Assembly: GCA_963747625.1 (NCBI GenBank)
Contig: CAVVGP010000161.1
Span: 1-41,322 of the forward strand
Length of the DNA: 41,322 nucleotides
Source: an uncultured Bacteroidales bacterium
Lineage (GTDB): Bacteria; Bacteroidota; Bacteroidia; Bacteroidales; VadinHA17
Reading direction: 5' to 3'
Under the pieces are notes generated by a model that had not been told where the DNA came from, did not search any database, and saw only the letters and a list, made by a program, of their open reading frames with translations. Shown in pieces: positions 1-11,329 of this stretch (its first letter is position 1; every line of letters starts with the position of its first letter). Made by a program: the position numbers and the translations under genes.

Positions 1-262
1 TGTCATTGTACTTGGTTCGGTTGGTCTTGTTCTTGATTATCCCCAGATTCTCGGTCATCGCGAATATTACTCTGTCCGATGGGTCGCCAGCCGCACTCGG
101 TCCGCGAATTCAGACGGCCCCTGAGGACAAGATGCGCCAAATGCGTCGGAAGCCCACCGTTTTAGACGGGATGGTGTTTTTGCCAACGACAAGGCCGAAA
201 ACGGTTCGGTCCGGCTTCGGACAAAGTGTATTGTGCCGGCAACCACACTATCTTCAGGCAAA

Positions 263-277
263 GTTGATTGAATCAAC
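263..277. promoter_or_regulatory. Perfect 7-1-7 palindrome GTTGATTGAATCAAC upstream of the CWC ORF; candidate operator
   Basis: Read directly at 263-277, about 28 nt upstream of the ATG at 305, in the G+C-rich left flank. No known consensus recognised. Confidence 0.25.
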
Positions 278-304
278 AACCGGGATAAGTGGTCTGAAAC
301 CAGT

Positions 305-536
305 ATGAAGGAGAAGAGTTCATCGGAATGTCCGTTGTGCGGAAAACCCAACCACTGCGGATTGGCCCGGGCGCGAAGTTTGCTGGTGTCTGAACGTGCA
401 AATCCCAGTTCGTCGTTTGATGCAAATTCCGTCAGCGTCCGTTGGCAATGCTTGCATCTGCCAAGCCTGTGCAACCGCCCCGTTGCACGCGGAGCCAGCA
501 AAAACCCTCAGGCCTGCTGAATCCATTAATACATAA
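305..536 (+). pseudogene. Cysteine-rich CWC family protein, frameshifted as assembled
   Basis: ORF 305-520 starts MKEKSSSECPLCGKPNHCG. A +1 shift after ~365 reads PGREVCWCLNVQIPVRRLMQIPSASVGNACICQACATAP and ends at TAA 534-536. This gives the CPxCG...CWC...CxCxxC cysteine pattern of the family. Confidence 0.55.
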
Positions 537-724
537 GAACCACAATGGCTCTCAGCTTTCGTTCTCATAATTGGCCTGTGATGCCGGTGTAATGAGCAGG
601 TCTTGGTTCCGAATGCGGACATCCCGGCTTGGGAAAAGCAGCGGCGGGCCGCAAATCAATTGGCAGGTGTAAAGCTGAGGACCCACTTCTTCGGTTTCCC
701 TGGTAACAAGCCGTATCCGGAACC

Positions 725-760
725 GAGTGCGGTAATCATTAAATGAAATGTTGAGGATTA
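725..760. other. Left compositional junction between the G+C-rich flank and the low-G+C core
   Basis: An unlisted flank ORF (…NADIPAWEKQRRAANQLAGVKLRTHFFGFPGNKPYPEPSAVIIK) stops at TGA 744-746. AT-rich sequence encoding the middle of an acyltransferase starts immediately afterwards. Confidence 0.6.
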
Positions 761-1483
761 GGCTAAGATATGATCTATTAGTTGTAGTCCTCGGGCATGA
801 GCCTGAAGGGGTTTTGGTTTTCCCAATCAGTCGTAGTGCCCAAGGTACAAGGGTTGGTTAGTGTGTTGTTAAGGACCGGACGCTGCAAGACCTGGAAATT
901 ATTGAAAGGCTCAGGCAGGAAAAAAGAGATATCATTGGTGTTCTGGGTCATTATAATAACTGGGAATGGCCTACATTGCTTCCATATTATCTTAAATACA
1001 AAACCATTATAATCTATAAACCACTGCAAAACAAGTATTTCAACAATTTTGTCAACAAACACAGATCAAAATACCGGAATAGTTCTTACTCCGACATCTC
1101 TGGTGATAAGGGAAATAATAAACAACAGGAAGGATAAAATAAATACATTTTCTGTTTTTATCTCCGACCAGATTCCTGCAAAAGGAGATATAAAATACTG
1201 GACAAAATTTCTGAACCAGGGATTAGGCTTTACTGTACAGGTGCCGGAAAAATAGCTGCAAAGTACGACATTGCAATAGTTTTTTATACATGTTCAGAAA
1301 GTTAAAAGGGGTCATTATAATATTGATTTTGAACTTCTTTATGATCATACAGCCGGACTATCGGAAGAAGTGATCACAGAGACTCATGTCAGAAGGCTCG
1401 AGGAGATCATGAAAAGAAAAACCTGAATATTGGATTTGGAGTCACGGCGCTGGAAACACAAAAAACCGGTAGAAAATGGATAA
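747..1483 (+). pseudogene. LpxL/HtrB-type lipid A / lysophospholipid acyltransferase, 5'-truncated and frameshifted
   Basis: Fragments in three frames: SLKGFWFSQS; RDIIGVLGHYNNWEWPTLLPYYLKYKTIIIYKPLQNKYFNNFVNKHRSKY (HX4E box); FISDQIPAKGDIKYWTKFLNQGLGF; KRGHYNIDFELLYDHTAGLSEEVITETHVRRLEEIMKRKPEYWIWSH. The N-terminal ~70-100 codons are missing at the junction. The corrected stop TAA 1481-1483 overlaps the next ATG. Confidence 0.75.
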
Positions 1484-2493
1484 AACAGCAATTGTAATAT
1501 CTAAACTGGAACGGGCTTGACTTTCTGAAAAAGTTCCTTGCAACAGTTGTAAAATACTCAGAAGATGAAGAAACGATAGTTTGTGTGGCAGATAACGGGT
1601 GAACTGACGGGTCTCCTGAATGGGTAGCTGAAACCTTCATGAAGTAAAATTATTAAAACTCGATAAAAACTATGGTTTCGCCGGGGATATAACCTCGCTA
1701 TGAATCAGCTTGAAGCCACATATTTCGTTTTACTGAATTCCGATATTGAAGTTACTGAAAACTGGCTCCATCCGCTTGTCCGGCTCATGGAAAAAAATCC
1801 TGATGTTGCGTCATGTCAGCCAAAAATTTTGTCATACAACCAGAAAGATCATTTTGAACATGCCGGCGCTGCAGGTTGCTTTATCGATAAATACGGTTAT
1901 CCTTTCTGCCGCGGAAGAGTTTTAAATAAAATTGAAAAAGATACAGGTCAGTATGATTCTGCAATTGATGTTTTCTGAGTAAGCGGAGCTTGTATGATAG
2001 TAAAGAGTGAGCCATGGACAAAATGTAGGGTTTGATGATGATTTCTTTGCTCATATGGAAGAGATTGACCTGTGCTGGCGTTTTCATAAAGCCGGGTATC
2101 GTGTATGTTTTTTGCCTGATTCAGTTATCTACCATGTGGGAGGTGGACCCTCCGTACAGCTCACCATTAAAAACGTATCTGAACTTCCGGAACAGCCTGT
2201 TTCTTCTTTATAAAAACCTGCCGGATAATAAACTTAAGTCCGTTTTTTATCCATCAGAAAATCATTGCACGAGTTTCAGCAATTTATTTTCTTTTGAAAG
2301 GCAGCTTCAGAGCCTCAAAGCTGTCTGGAAAGCTCATATGGATTATTATAAGGCAATAGATAAACTCAAAGGAAAAAGGGAAGCTGTCAAAAAGATAGAA
2401 ATAAACGCAGCCCAGGAAACTGTTTTGAACAAGAGCATTGTTTTTGAGTTTTATATTAAGGGCAATAAAACTTATAAGAGCCTTATATCATAA
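1476..2493 (+). pseudogene. Family 2 glycosyltransferase, multiple frame breaks
   Basis: MDKTAIVI|LNWNGLDFLKKFLATVVKYSEDEETIVCVADNG*TDGSPEW (in-frame TGA); KLDKNYGFAG; ORF 1700-1978 MNQLEATYFVLLNSDIEVTENWLHPLV; WVSGACMIV; HMEEIDLCWRFHKAGYRVCFLPDSVIYHVGGG; C-terminal ORF ends at 2493. Reading the G4 run 1683-1686 as G5 restores GFAGGYNLAMNQ. Confidence 0.8.
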
Positions 2494-2504
2494 AGCAGAC
2501 TATA

Positions 2505-3665
2505 ATGAAGAGATATCAGATGATAGTATTTTTTTTCATAGTACTGACAATATACTCACTGGTAAATATTTACTTGTTTTTTAAAGGGTATAATGCAATT
2601 CCCTTCCTGCAAAAAAACAGGTTTATCTATGCAATTACTTTCTTCTTGCTTGCTGCACTTTTTATTTTTGCAAAAATACTCGAATCAAAACACTCCTCTG
2701 TTATAACTGACATTCTGAATATCGTTGGAGGATTCTGGCTTGCTTTTATGCTTTATGGTTTCCTGTTTTTTCTCCTTTCTGATATTATTTTGCTGATAAT
2801 CAGGTTTCCCGGGGTTATCAGGGGCGATAATATCTTTCTTTTCAGAAAATGGTCATTTATTGTTGTGGCTTCTGTTTCTTCACTTTTAATAATAGGAGGT
2901 TTTATTAATGCTATAATACCTGTAACAAGGGAATATAATATCACAATAAACAAATCGGCCGGACAAGTAAAGACCCTGCGTATAGCAGCAGTGTCTGATA
3001 TTCATCTCGGGAGTATAATAAGAAAAAGAAGCCTTAAAAAGCTGTCGGGTATGATAAAGGATATGAAACCGGATCTTATTTTACTGCTTGGAGATATAGT
3101 TGATGGCGAAATCGGTCCTGTTCTTCGAGGTGATCTGCTACAGTATTTCACATATCCGAAGTCCATGGATGGTTTGTACGCTATTACCGGTAACCATGAA
3201 TTTATTGGGGGCGCCAATCGTACTATACCATACATTGAAAGCAAGGGAATAAGAGTTCTGAAAGATGAAGTTGTGACTCTTGAAGGAGGTATTCAGCTAA
3301 TAGGTAGAATAGATAGGGATTCGTACCGTTTCTACAAAAAAGAGAGAATGCCTCTTAGTGAACTTATGCAAAAAGTGGATACAACCAAACCTGTTATTCT
3401 GCTTGACCATCAGCCTTTTCACCTTGATGAGACTGCCAAATATGGTATTGATATTGAACTTTCCGGACATACTCATAACGGACAGATGTGGCCACTTAAT
3501 TATGTTACCAGGAAGATCTATGAATTGAGTTATGGCTATATGAAGAAAAGAAATACAAACTTTATAGTCTCCTCAGGCTACGGATTATGGGGGCCAAGAG
3601 TAAGGTCGGGCAGCAGATCTGAGGTCCTTTTGATAAACCTTGCTTTCACCGGAAATAAGAATTAA
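2505..3665 (+). CDS. Membrane-anchored metallophosphoesterase (calcineurin-like)
   Basis: Intact 386-aa ORF. Several N-terminal hydrophobic helices, then the motifs AAVSDIHLG, LLGDIVDG, GNHE and SGHTHNGQ. Confidence 0.85.
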   Translation: MKRYQMIVFFFIVLTIYSLVNIYLFFKGYNAIPFLQKNRFIYAITFFLLAALFIFAKILESKHSSVITDILNIVGGFWLAFMLYGFLFFLLSDIILLIIRFPGVIRGDNIFLFRKWSFIVVASVSSLLIIGGFINAIIPVTREYNITINKSAGQVKTLRIAAVSDIHLGSIIRKRSLKKLSGMIKDMKPDLILLLGDIVDGEIGPVLRGDLLQYFTYPKSMDGLYAITGNHEFIGGANRTIPYIESKGIRVLKDEVVTLEGGIQLIGRIDRDSYRFYKKERMPLSELMQKVDTTKPVILLDHQPFHLDETAKYGIDIELSGHTHNGQMWPLNYVTRKIYELSYGYMKKRNTNFIVSSGYGLWGPRVRSGSRSEVLLINLAFTGNKN

Positions 3666-3793
3666 TCATAAAATAATCCATCAGAACTTAAACACCGATC
3701 TGCAAGGTTATATATAACTATAATGCAAGTCAATATTTGTTCTTTGACTTCAGCAGATTGCAATTTGCTAACAGATCTATCACTTTGAAGGTC

Positions 3794-5126
3794 TTAGAAA
3801 AATATAATACTCCTATAGAAGATCATAAATTTTTTAAGCCTGATTCCTCTGGAACCCTTAATCAGAATTGTGGCTCCCGTTATTGGCTCTGCTTTCAGAA
3901 ATTCAACCAGCTTTTCTGCGTTTTCAAATGCTTTAAAATCTGATTTTGAGGATATTTTATAAAATACATGTCCTGGAAGAATGACCTTTTCAGCAAAGTG
4001 CGAATGCAGGACTTTCAATACCCTGATGTGCTCCTCTTCGCTTTTATCTCCCAGTTCGAGCATATCACCCAGAATAATAATTTTCCTTTCAGCTTTTATC
4101 TCAGCAAAAGAGTCCAGGGCTAAAAACATACTGGTTGGATTGGCATTATAAGAATCACATATAAGGGTATTGTTTTTTGTGACTTTAATCTGTGATCTGT
4201 TATTGGCAGGCTTATAATTTCCGACAGCACTTATAATTTCCTTTATATCGACTCCCAGGAACAGCCCTGTAGCTATCGCGGCTCTTACATTTTCCAGATT
4301 ATAGCTGCCAAAAAGGCTGGTGCTTACAATTATAGGTATTATGATGGTAGGTAACTGATAATTTAAGGTTAAAATCCGAAGGATCCTGTCGATCAGTAGA
4401 TCGATTCCGGTAGGATCAGAAAATGGAACAGCCCGGTTAAGGACTCTGAATATTTTTTCAGCAAGTAAAGGATCTTTATCGTTATATAATGCAACACCAT
4501 TTACTTTCCGCAGATGTTCATAAAGTTCTGTTTTTGCTTTAACAACACCTTCAAAAGAACCAAAACCTTCAATATGAGCAGTACCAATATTTGTAATAAT
4601 TCCATAATCAGGTTTTGCTATAAGACATAAGGTTCTTATTTCACCAATATGGCTTGCGCCCATTTCGATAATCAACATTTCTGTACCTGCAGGTGCAGAC
4701 AGGATTGTAAGAGGGACACCTATATGATTATTAAGGTTTCCCTGGGTATAATGAACTTTAAACTTTTTTGAAAGAATAGATGCAAGAAGTTCCTTGGTAG
4801 TCGTTTTACCATTGGTTCCTGTTATAGCAAGTACCGGAACATTCAGTCTCCTTTCTGAAATGAGATGCCAGAGCCTGAAGCTCTAAAAGACAATCATCTA
4901 CAAGGATTGTGTTTTCAGTTTCAAACAGAGGGTCGTCAATAACAGCACATGAAGCTCCTCGTGAAAGAGCTTCGGATGCAAATTTATTCCCGTTATAATT
5001 ATCGCCCCAGAGAGCAAAGAAAATCTGCCCTTTTTCAACTGTTCTTGAATCAGTTGATACTCCGGTGGATTCTTTAAAAAGTTTAAATAGCTGTTCTGTT
5101 TTCATATCAGTAAAAAAATGCCTCAT
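3794..5126 (-). pseudogene. murF: UDP-N-acetylmuramoyl-tripeptide--D-alanyl-D-alanine ligase, one frameshift near 4850
   Basis: ORF 4806-5126 carries the N-terminal domain (FFALWGDNYNGNKFASEALSRGA). After a 1-nt shift it reads LNVPVLAITGTNGKTTTKELL (P-loop), continuous with ORF 3794-4678 (IIEMGASHIGEI, ICDSYNANPTSM). Confidence 0.85.
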
Positions 5127-5168
5127 TATGAAAGCATAATGAGGCTAATATTGTCAGAGAACCAGGTT

Positions 5169-6677
5169 TTATAAGCCTGCCGGGCTTCCAACCCTTATCA
5201 TTGCACACCTGAAGCCGATATCATCACGACTGCTTTCCTGATCAAGAAATCTTCTTGTTGAAGGATTCAGCCAATAAGCTCTGTCTCTCCACGATCCACC
5301 TTTATACACCCGTGCATTATCATTAATCAGAGTAACAAAATCATTTGCTGTTTGGAGCAGTATCCTGAGCATACATTCTCACTGAACCTTTTTTCCCGTC
5401 CTCTACAGTAAAATCGGTTCCTCCACCACTGGGAATAGCCGACTGCAAGATCGCCATCCCTGTAGTTCCTGTAATCACCTTTCTGATAATTATACCTGTT
5501 TGCGACATCTGCATCTTTAACTGTATCGATGATTAAACGTCCAAGTTTATCTTTAGCAACAACTGCTCCATTTGCATCACGCTTGAGATCAGTAAATACA
5601 TTCCCTCTGAAAGGATTAAACTCATCGACATCTTCTGAAGTAAGAGGACGATAAACATCCTGAACCCATTCGTTAACATTTCCTGCCATACAGTAAAGCC
5701 CATAGTCGTTAGGCCAATAAGATTTCACATCAACCGTAATACTTCCATTATCGTTCAGACTTCCTGCTACTCCCATAAGGTCACCCCTGCCACGTACAAA
5801 GTTAGCCATCATCTGTCCTCTGTTTTTTTTTGATGAATTTCTGACGTTATGGCCATCCCACGGGTAAATTCTTCTTTCGTAGATCCTTTCTTCAAATGTA
5901 TTGCCTCTTAGTCCATAAGCAGCAAATTCCCATTCAGCTTCCGTAGGAAGCCTGTAATTTGGAAGAAGTAATCCATCTTCAAAAGTTGTACGGCGTTCAG
6001 TTTTATTTGGATTAAGGCTCGGCCTTAACTGATTTACAACACCTTCATATTGACCGGCCAGATATGCTTCAGTATTAAAATTCTTCTCGTTAGTTTGATT
6101 CGGATCGGGGTTAAGTTCACCTTCATCTATAAGCAACTGTTCATTAACCCTGTCAGTCCTCCATAAACAGAAATCGTTTGCTTTCACCCAGCTTACACCT
6201 ACTACCGGATAATTATTATATGCAGGGTGCCTGAAATAATACTGCACATAAGGATCATTAAAACCCATCGGGGTTCTCCAGACCAATGTATCGGGTAAGG
6301 CTCTTCTGTAAACTTCAGGATAATCTTTATAAACTCTGCGCAGCCAGAAAAGGTATTCTCGGTAGTCAACATTCTTAACTTCCGTTTCATCCATATAAAA
6401 TGAAGATACAGTAACTGTTCTTGGCCGGTTATTCCAATCGAACATAACATCCTGCTGCAACCTGTCCCATCGTAAAACGACCGCCCTCAATCAGCACCAG
6501 GCCGGGACCTGTTTTCTGCTCAGCACCAAGAGCAACTTCAAATCCACCATTGTCAGGATCATTATATTTCCATCCTGTTGAAGTGGAAACTTCATCTTTA
6601 CCCTTTTTCTTAAAGATACAGGAAGTTAAAAGCAAGACAGCGATTAAAACAACTGGTAAGGCTCTGAATTTATTCAT
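5169..6677 (-). pseudogene. gldJ: Gliding-motility/T9SS lipoprotein GldJ (SUMF1/FGE-like fold), two frameshifts
   Basis: MNKFRALPVVLIAVLLLTSC lipobox; GGRFTMGQ; ORF 5327-6490 with YPVVGVSWVKANDFCLWRT and MAGNVNEWVQDVY; C-terminal ORF 5169-5372 with YKGGSWRDRAYW and IGFRCAM. The three ORFs lie in different frames. Confidence 0.8.
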
Positions 6678-6765
6678 AACTCCTTTAGTTTTATGGCTTT
6701 TAAGAATATCCAAATATACAAAATTTCACTAAATCGTTTTTTTACTCACCAAATATAACTACAAT

Positions 6766-7731
6766 TTAGGAAAATTTATTGTTTTGATTGATATTTCTTT
6801 TTTCAACATTATTCAAACTGAATGCCAGTCCTGCCTGATGGAGAAGCGATACTGGCATTAACTTATTTCCGGAAATTGCATTAAACCTGTAATTGTAATA
6901 CAGAGTGATTCTTCCGGTAGTTAGAGAAAATCCTGCCTGAATATCCAGGTTTTTTTCTGAGTCGCCTAACGCTACAATATTAATTGCCAGATACTTGCTC
7001 TCTAAAGCTGCTCCTAACCCACCATTAACATATCCATTCTGAATTTCAAAATATGTAAGAGGCTGGATTTTTAGATTCTGAGCACTGTTAACAGGAAAAT
7101 CTCCTGAAATGTGAATAAGCAGATTTCTCTTTAATCTTTCATTTGAACTCCCTGTTGGCTGACAGGTCAGGTTCAGCAAGGTTGATTAATGGAAAATCCG
7201 CCCGAAATTTTCCTGATAATAAAAAAGAAACCTGCCCCAACATCGAATATGGTTCTTCCCGGAGAAGCCAGCACTTCAGATGAAGGAAGCGATCACTCCT
7301 CCCAGAGGATCAATCTGATCGGGAAAAATTGCATTTTCAAAATTAAAGCCCCTGTGGTAAATTGAAGCAGAAAGACCGGCATTGATAAATAGGTCTTTAC
7401 CTGCCTGCAAAAAATATGCATATGACAAGCCTGCCTTCAGATCATTAATGATTCCACCCAGGTAATCATCGGTGAGATATAGACCAGCACCGCCATGGAG
7501 TTCAGAAAAATATGAGTCATATGAAAAATATACTGAATGAAGATTATAATTGTTTCCGGGATAAAAATTAAGATATGACAGCCTCAATACACCATCTCCT
7601 CCGCTTCCGGCAAGTGATGGATTATTAATCATCATCATCTGGTAACCCGGGCCCGGATCAATTTCCTGTCCGAAACAGTAGACGGGAAGTAAAAAAACAA
7701 AATAGACTAATTTATTAAGGTGTCTCAACAT
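6766..7731 (-). pseudogene. T9SS membrane protein of the PorP/SprF family, compensating indels around 7180-7275
   Basis: N-terminus MLRHLNKLVYFVFLLPVYCFGQE…YQMMMINNPSLAGSGG…YFSYDSYFSELHGGAGLYL…DQIDPLGG. The middle reads in other frames (RTIFDVGAGF…GKFRADFPLINLAEPDLS). The C-terminal beta-strand-rich part is ORF 6766-7179. Confidence 0.7.
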
Positions 7732-7834
7732 ATTAAAAATTACTGCAATATCAACGCAATGATGTCGTTATTATTATATTAATGACCTGACGTACAAAAA
7801 AACGAAATAAAGTAACAAACAAAAAGCACATTTC

Positions 7835-7842
7835 TATCTTTG
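7835..7842 (+). promoter_or_regulatory. Bacteroidota -7 promoter element (TAnnTTTG) upstream of porU
   Basis: TATCTTTG at 7835-7842, 10 nt before the ATG at 7852. Confidence 0.45.
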
Positions 7843-7851
7843 TCAGTCACA

Positions 7852-10800
7852 ATGAGAAGAATTTTTCAAATATTCCTGATATACTGTTTCCTTTTTATCC
7901 GCTAACTGTGCGCACAGAACACCAAAGATAGTTATTCTTCAAGTTCCGTACTCTCGTCAGGGATATGGTTCAAAATTGCGGTTACATCCGATGGAATATA
8001 CAGGATTGACTACTCGAAGCTTAAACAACTTGGACTGGAGAATCCATCGAATCCAAGGATTTTTGGAAATAACTTCGGACGGTTATCATATTATAATGAT
8101 GATCCAAAACCCGATGACCTGAAAGAGTTGGCTATTTTTATATACACAGGTAGTGATGGTATCTTTAATGATGGCGATTATCTGTTATTTTATGCTAAGG
8201 GCACAGGAAGGTGGAATTATAACCAAACCACAAAAGAGTATGATTACCTGCATCACAATTATTCCGATACTGCATTTTATTTTATAACATCAGGGCCAGA
8301 TCCCGGGAAAAAGATACTCAATTCAACAGAGCCATCACAAACTGCGACTTACACTTCTTCTGAATCAGATGCTTTATTTATACATGAAGAGGATGATGTA
8401 AATCTGATAAGTTCCGGAAGAGAATGGTTCCAGGAAATATCAGGAATCCAGATAGATCCGGGTTTTAATGAACTTGTGACTTCAGAAAATGTAAAATATA
8501 ATATCAGGGTGGCTGCAAGGGCTTCAGTGCCTACCAGCTTCAATATTTACGAAGGAAATTCACTTATAAGCAGTCTGCCGGTACCAGGAGTGGATCTTTC
8601 TGATTATAATGGCACATATGCACAGATTGCAGATTCATCAGGCTCGTATCTGCCATCTTCAGCCTCTCCTATATATAGCATAAATTTCTCTGATAATGGG
8701 GAAACAGGAGCACACGGATGGCTTGAATGGATAACGCTTCAGGGAAGAAGGATCAACTCATTTTCAGGTTCAGCAGTACAGTATTCCGACTCAAAATCTG
8801 TTGCACCTGGAGCTATAACCACATTCAAAATTCAAAGTAATGGAAATGATCCGTTAGTCTGGGATGTTACCGATCCTGTAAACGTCAGTCAGATCAAATA
8901 TACCAAATCGGGAGATACTATCAAGTTTAAAAGTGCTACAGATACGCTCAGGACATTTATTGCTTTTACAGCTTCCGACGCTATAATACCGCTTATTAAA
9001 CCTTCTGCTATCCCTAACCAGGACCTTCATTCATCTGCATCTGCCGATATGATAATTATTACGCACCCCTTATTCCGGGCTTATGCTGAAGAACTGGCAG
9101 CTCTTCATTTAAAAAACGATGGTTTGATATCCCAGGTTGTCACTCCGGCTCAGATTTATAACGAATTTTCAGGAGGGATACCTGACATTGCCGCGATTAG
9201 GAATTATTTGAGGATGAAATATCTGAAACAGAAGGACAGTTCTCATCCTCTGAGATACCTTCTCTTGCTCGGTGACGGTTCGTATGAAAATAAGACCCCT
9301 CCTCCGAATAATCCGAATTTCATTCCTACATACCAGTCAGAGAATTCGAATGTTGTTGTTTCTTCATTTACATCTGATGATTTCTATGGCCTTCTGGAGG
9401 ACGGAGCCGGAGAAGCTGACGGTAACCTTGATATAGGTATCGGACGTCTGCCTGTTTCAGATACAATACAGGCAGGTATCGTCATTTCAAAAATTAAAAG
9501 ATATCTCGACCCTGCAAATATGGGTGATTGGAAAAATGTGATCTGCCTTACTGCCGATGACGAAGATGAGAATATTCATATGATTGATGCCGAGGGACTT
9601 GCAGAAGTAATTAATGACAGTGTTCCTTCGTATAATATTGATAAAATCTACCTTGATGCATACAAAGAGACAACAACCGTAAACGGACAATCCTATCCCG
9701 ATGTTAATAAAGCAATTGACGACCGTATAAATTCAGGATGTCTCATATTCAATTATACCGGACACGGGGATGAAAATAATCTTGCAGCCGAAAGAGTGGT
9801 CACAACAGCCGATATTAATTCATGGAATAACGGGGGTAAACTGCCACTTTTTATAACAGCTACATGCGAATTCAGCAGGTTCGACGACATAATAATTAAT
9901 ATAGCTACAAAACAGATGACAAATAAACCATCAGGCGGTGAACTTATCCTGATGAACAAAAATGGCGGAGGTATAGCCTTAATGTCCACTACAAGAGTCG
10001 TATATTCTGCTCCCAATTATGATCTGAACAAAAATATATACAGTTGTGCATTTACTCATAATAATGATGGTAAATCACTTACCTTCGGAGATATCATAAA
10101 AACAGCTAAAAATAATTCTGTTCCCGGTCCAAATAAAAGGAATTTTACTCTTCTGGGTGATCCGGCACTTAAGCTTGGCTACCCTTATTACGGAAAGGTT
10201 ATTACAGACTCTATTAACAATGTATCGGTATTAGATAAAATCGACAGTCTTAAAGCACTTTCACTTATTACGGTTGCAGGGCATGTGGAAGATCCCCTTG
10301 GAAACACACTCAACACATTCGAAGGGATAGTCTCTCCGACAGTATTTGATAAACCCACTTTAATCAGTACTCTCGCAAATGACGGGGGACAAACAATGAC
10401 TTTTTACCAGTCAGAGAATATTCTTTTCAGCGGCAAGACAATGGCAAAAAATGGAAGATTCAGTTTTACATTTATGGTACCAAGGGATATTGACTATACA
10501 TTCGGTTCGGGGAAAATTAGTTATTATGCCAACGATGACAATGAAGACATGAACGGAAGTTTCAGTGCAATTGTTGGGGGATTTTCCAATTCCTTTATGA
10601 CTGATAGCGTCGGACCTGATATCAGATTATTTATGAATGACACACTCTTCAGGAATGGCGGAGTTACCGACAGCAATCCAACGCTACTGGCTCTTATAAG
10701 CGACCCGGGTGGCATAAATACCACAGGGACAGGAATTGGACACGATCTGACAGCGTATATGGATAATGAAACCAGCCAGTCATTTGTCCTGAATAATTAT

Positions 10801-11262
10801 TTTGAAAATGATTTTAACAGTTATGTCAGCGGAAAAATAAACTATCCTCTTTCAGGTTTGAGTGAAGGGAATCATTCTCTCACGTTAAAAGCCTGGGATA
10901 ATTTTAATAACTCCTCGGAAAAAACGATTTCATTCCTGGTTGTTACCGGAGAAAAATTTATACTCCGTAATCTTATTAATTATCCTAATCCGTTTTTAAA
11001 CCAGACAAGCATTTCGCTGGAGCACAACAGGCCGGATAACGAAATGGATATTACTATAAATATCTTTGACATGAGCGGAAGGAGCATTAAAGTCATAAGG
11101 ACAAAGGTTGCAGCATCCGGTTATACCATACCCCCGATAGTTTGGGACGGAAATGATGATGGTGGAAAAAGAGTCAGCAGGGGAATATATCCATACACTG
11201 TGACAGTAATAAGCGGAAATAATGAAACTGCAAGAGCTTCAGGCCGAATGATCATTTTATAG
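7852..11262 (+). CDS. porU: T9SS sortase / C-terminal signal peptidase PorU (peptidase C25-like), with an in-frame TAA at codon 18
   Basis: MRRIFQIFLIYCFLFIR-TAA(7903-7905)-LCAQNTKDSYSSSSVLSSGIWFKIAVTSDGIYRIDYSKL is in frame with the 1044-aa ORF 8128-11262. C25-type motifs LLLGDGSYEN, YTGHGDEN and ATCEFSRFDD. C-terminal beta-sandwich (LINYPNPF…IFDMSGR…WDGNDDGGKRVSRGIY). Confidence 0.85.
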
Positions 11263-11295
11263 GATCTAAACAATATTAGGCACAAAAAATAGTTT

Positions 11296-11303
11296 TATAT
11301 TTG
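11296..11303 (+). promoter_or_regulatory. Bacteroidota -7 promoter element upstream of porV
   Basis: TATATTTG at 11296-11303; ATG at 11330. Confidence 0.45.
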
Positions 11304-11329
11304 TAAATTCGTTGAATTAAAATATCCTT

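Noticed and set aside
8349-10724. Antisense ORFs inside porU (8349-8543, 9487-9690, 9753-10016, 10524-10724). Similar short ORFs lie opposite murF, hutU, the Nif3-like gene, alaS, the E2 gene and the PorE-like genes.
   Set aside because: They are fully nested opposite long, motif-bearing genes and have low-complexity or odd composition. They are typical shadow ORFs.
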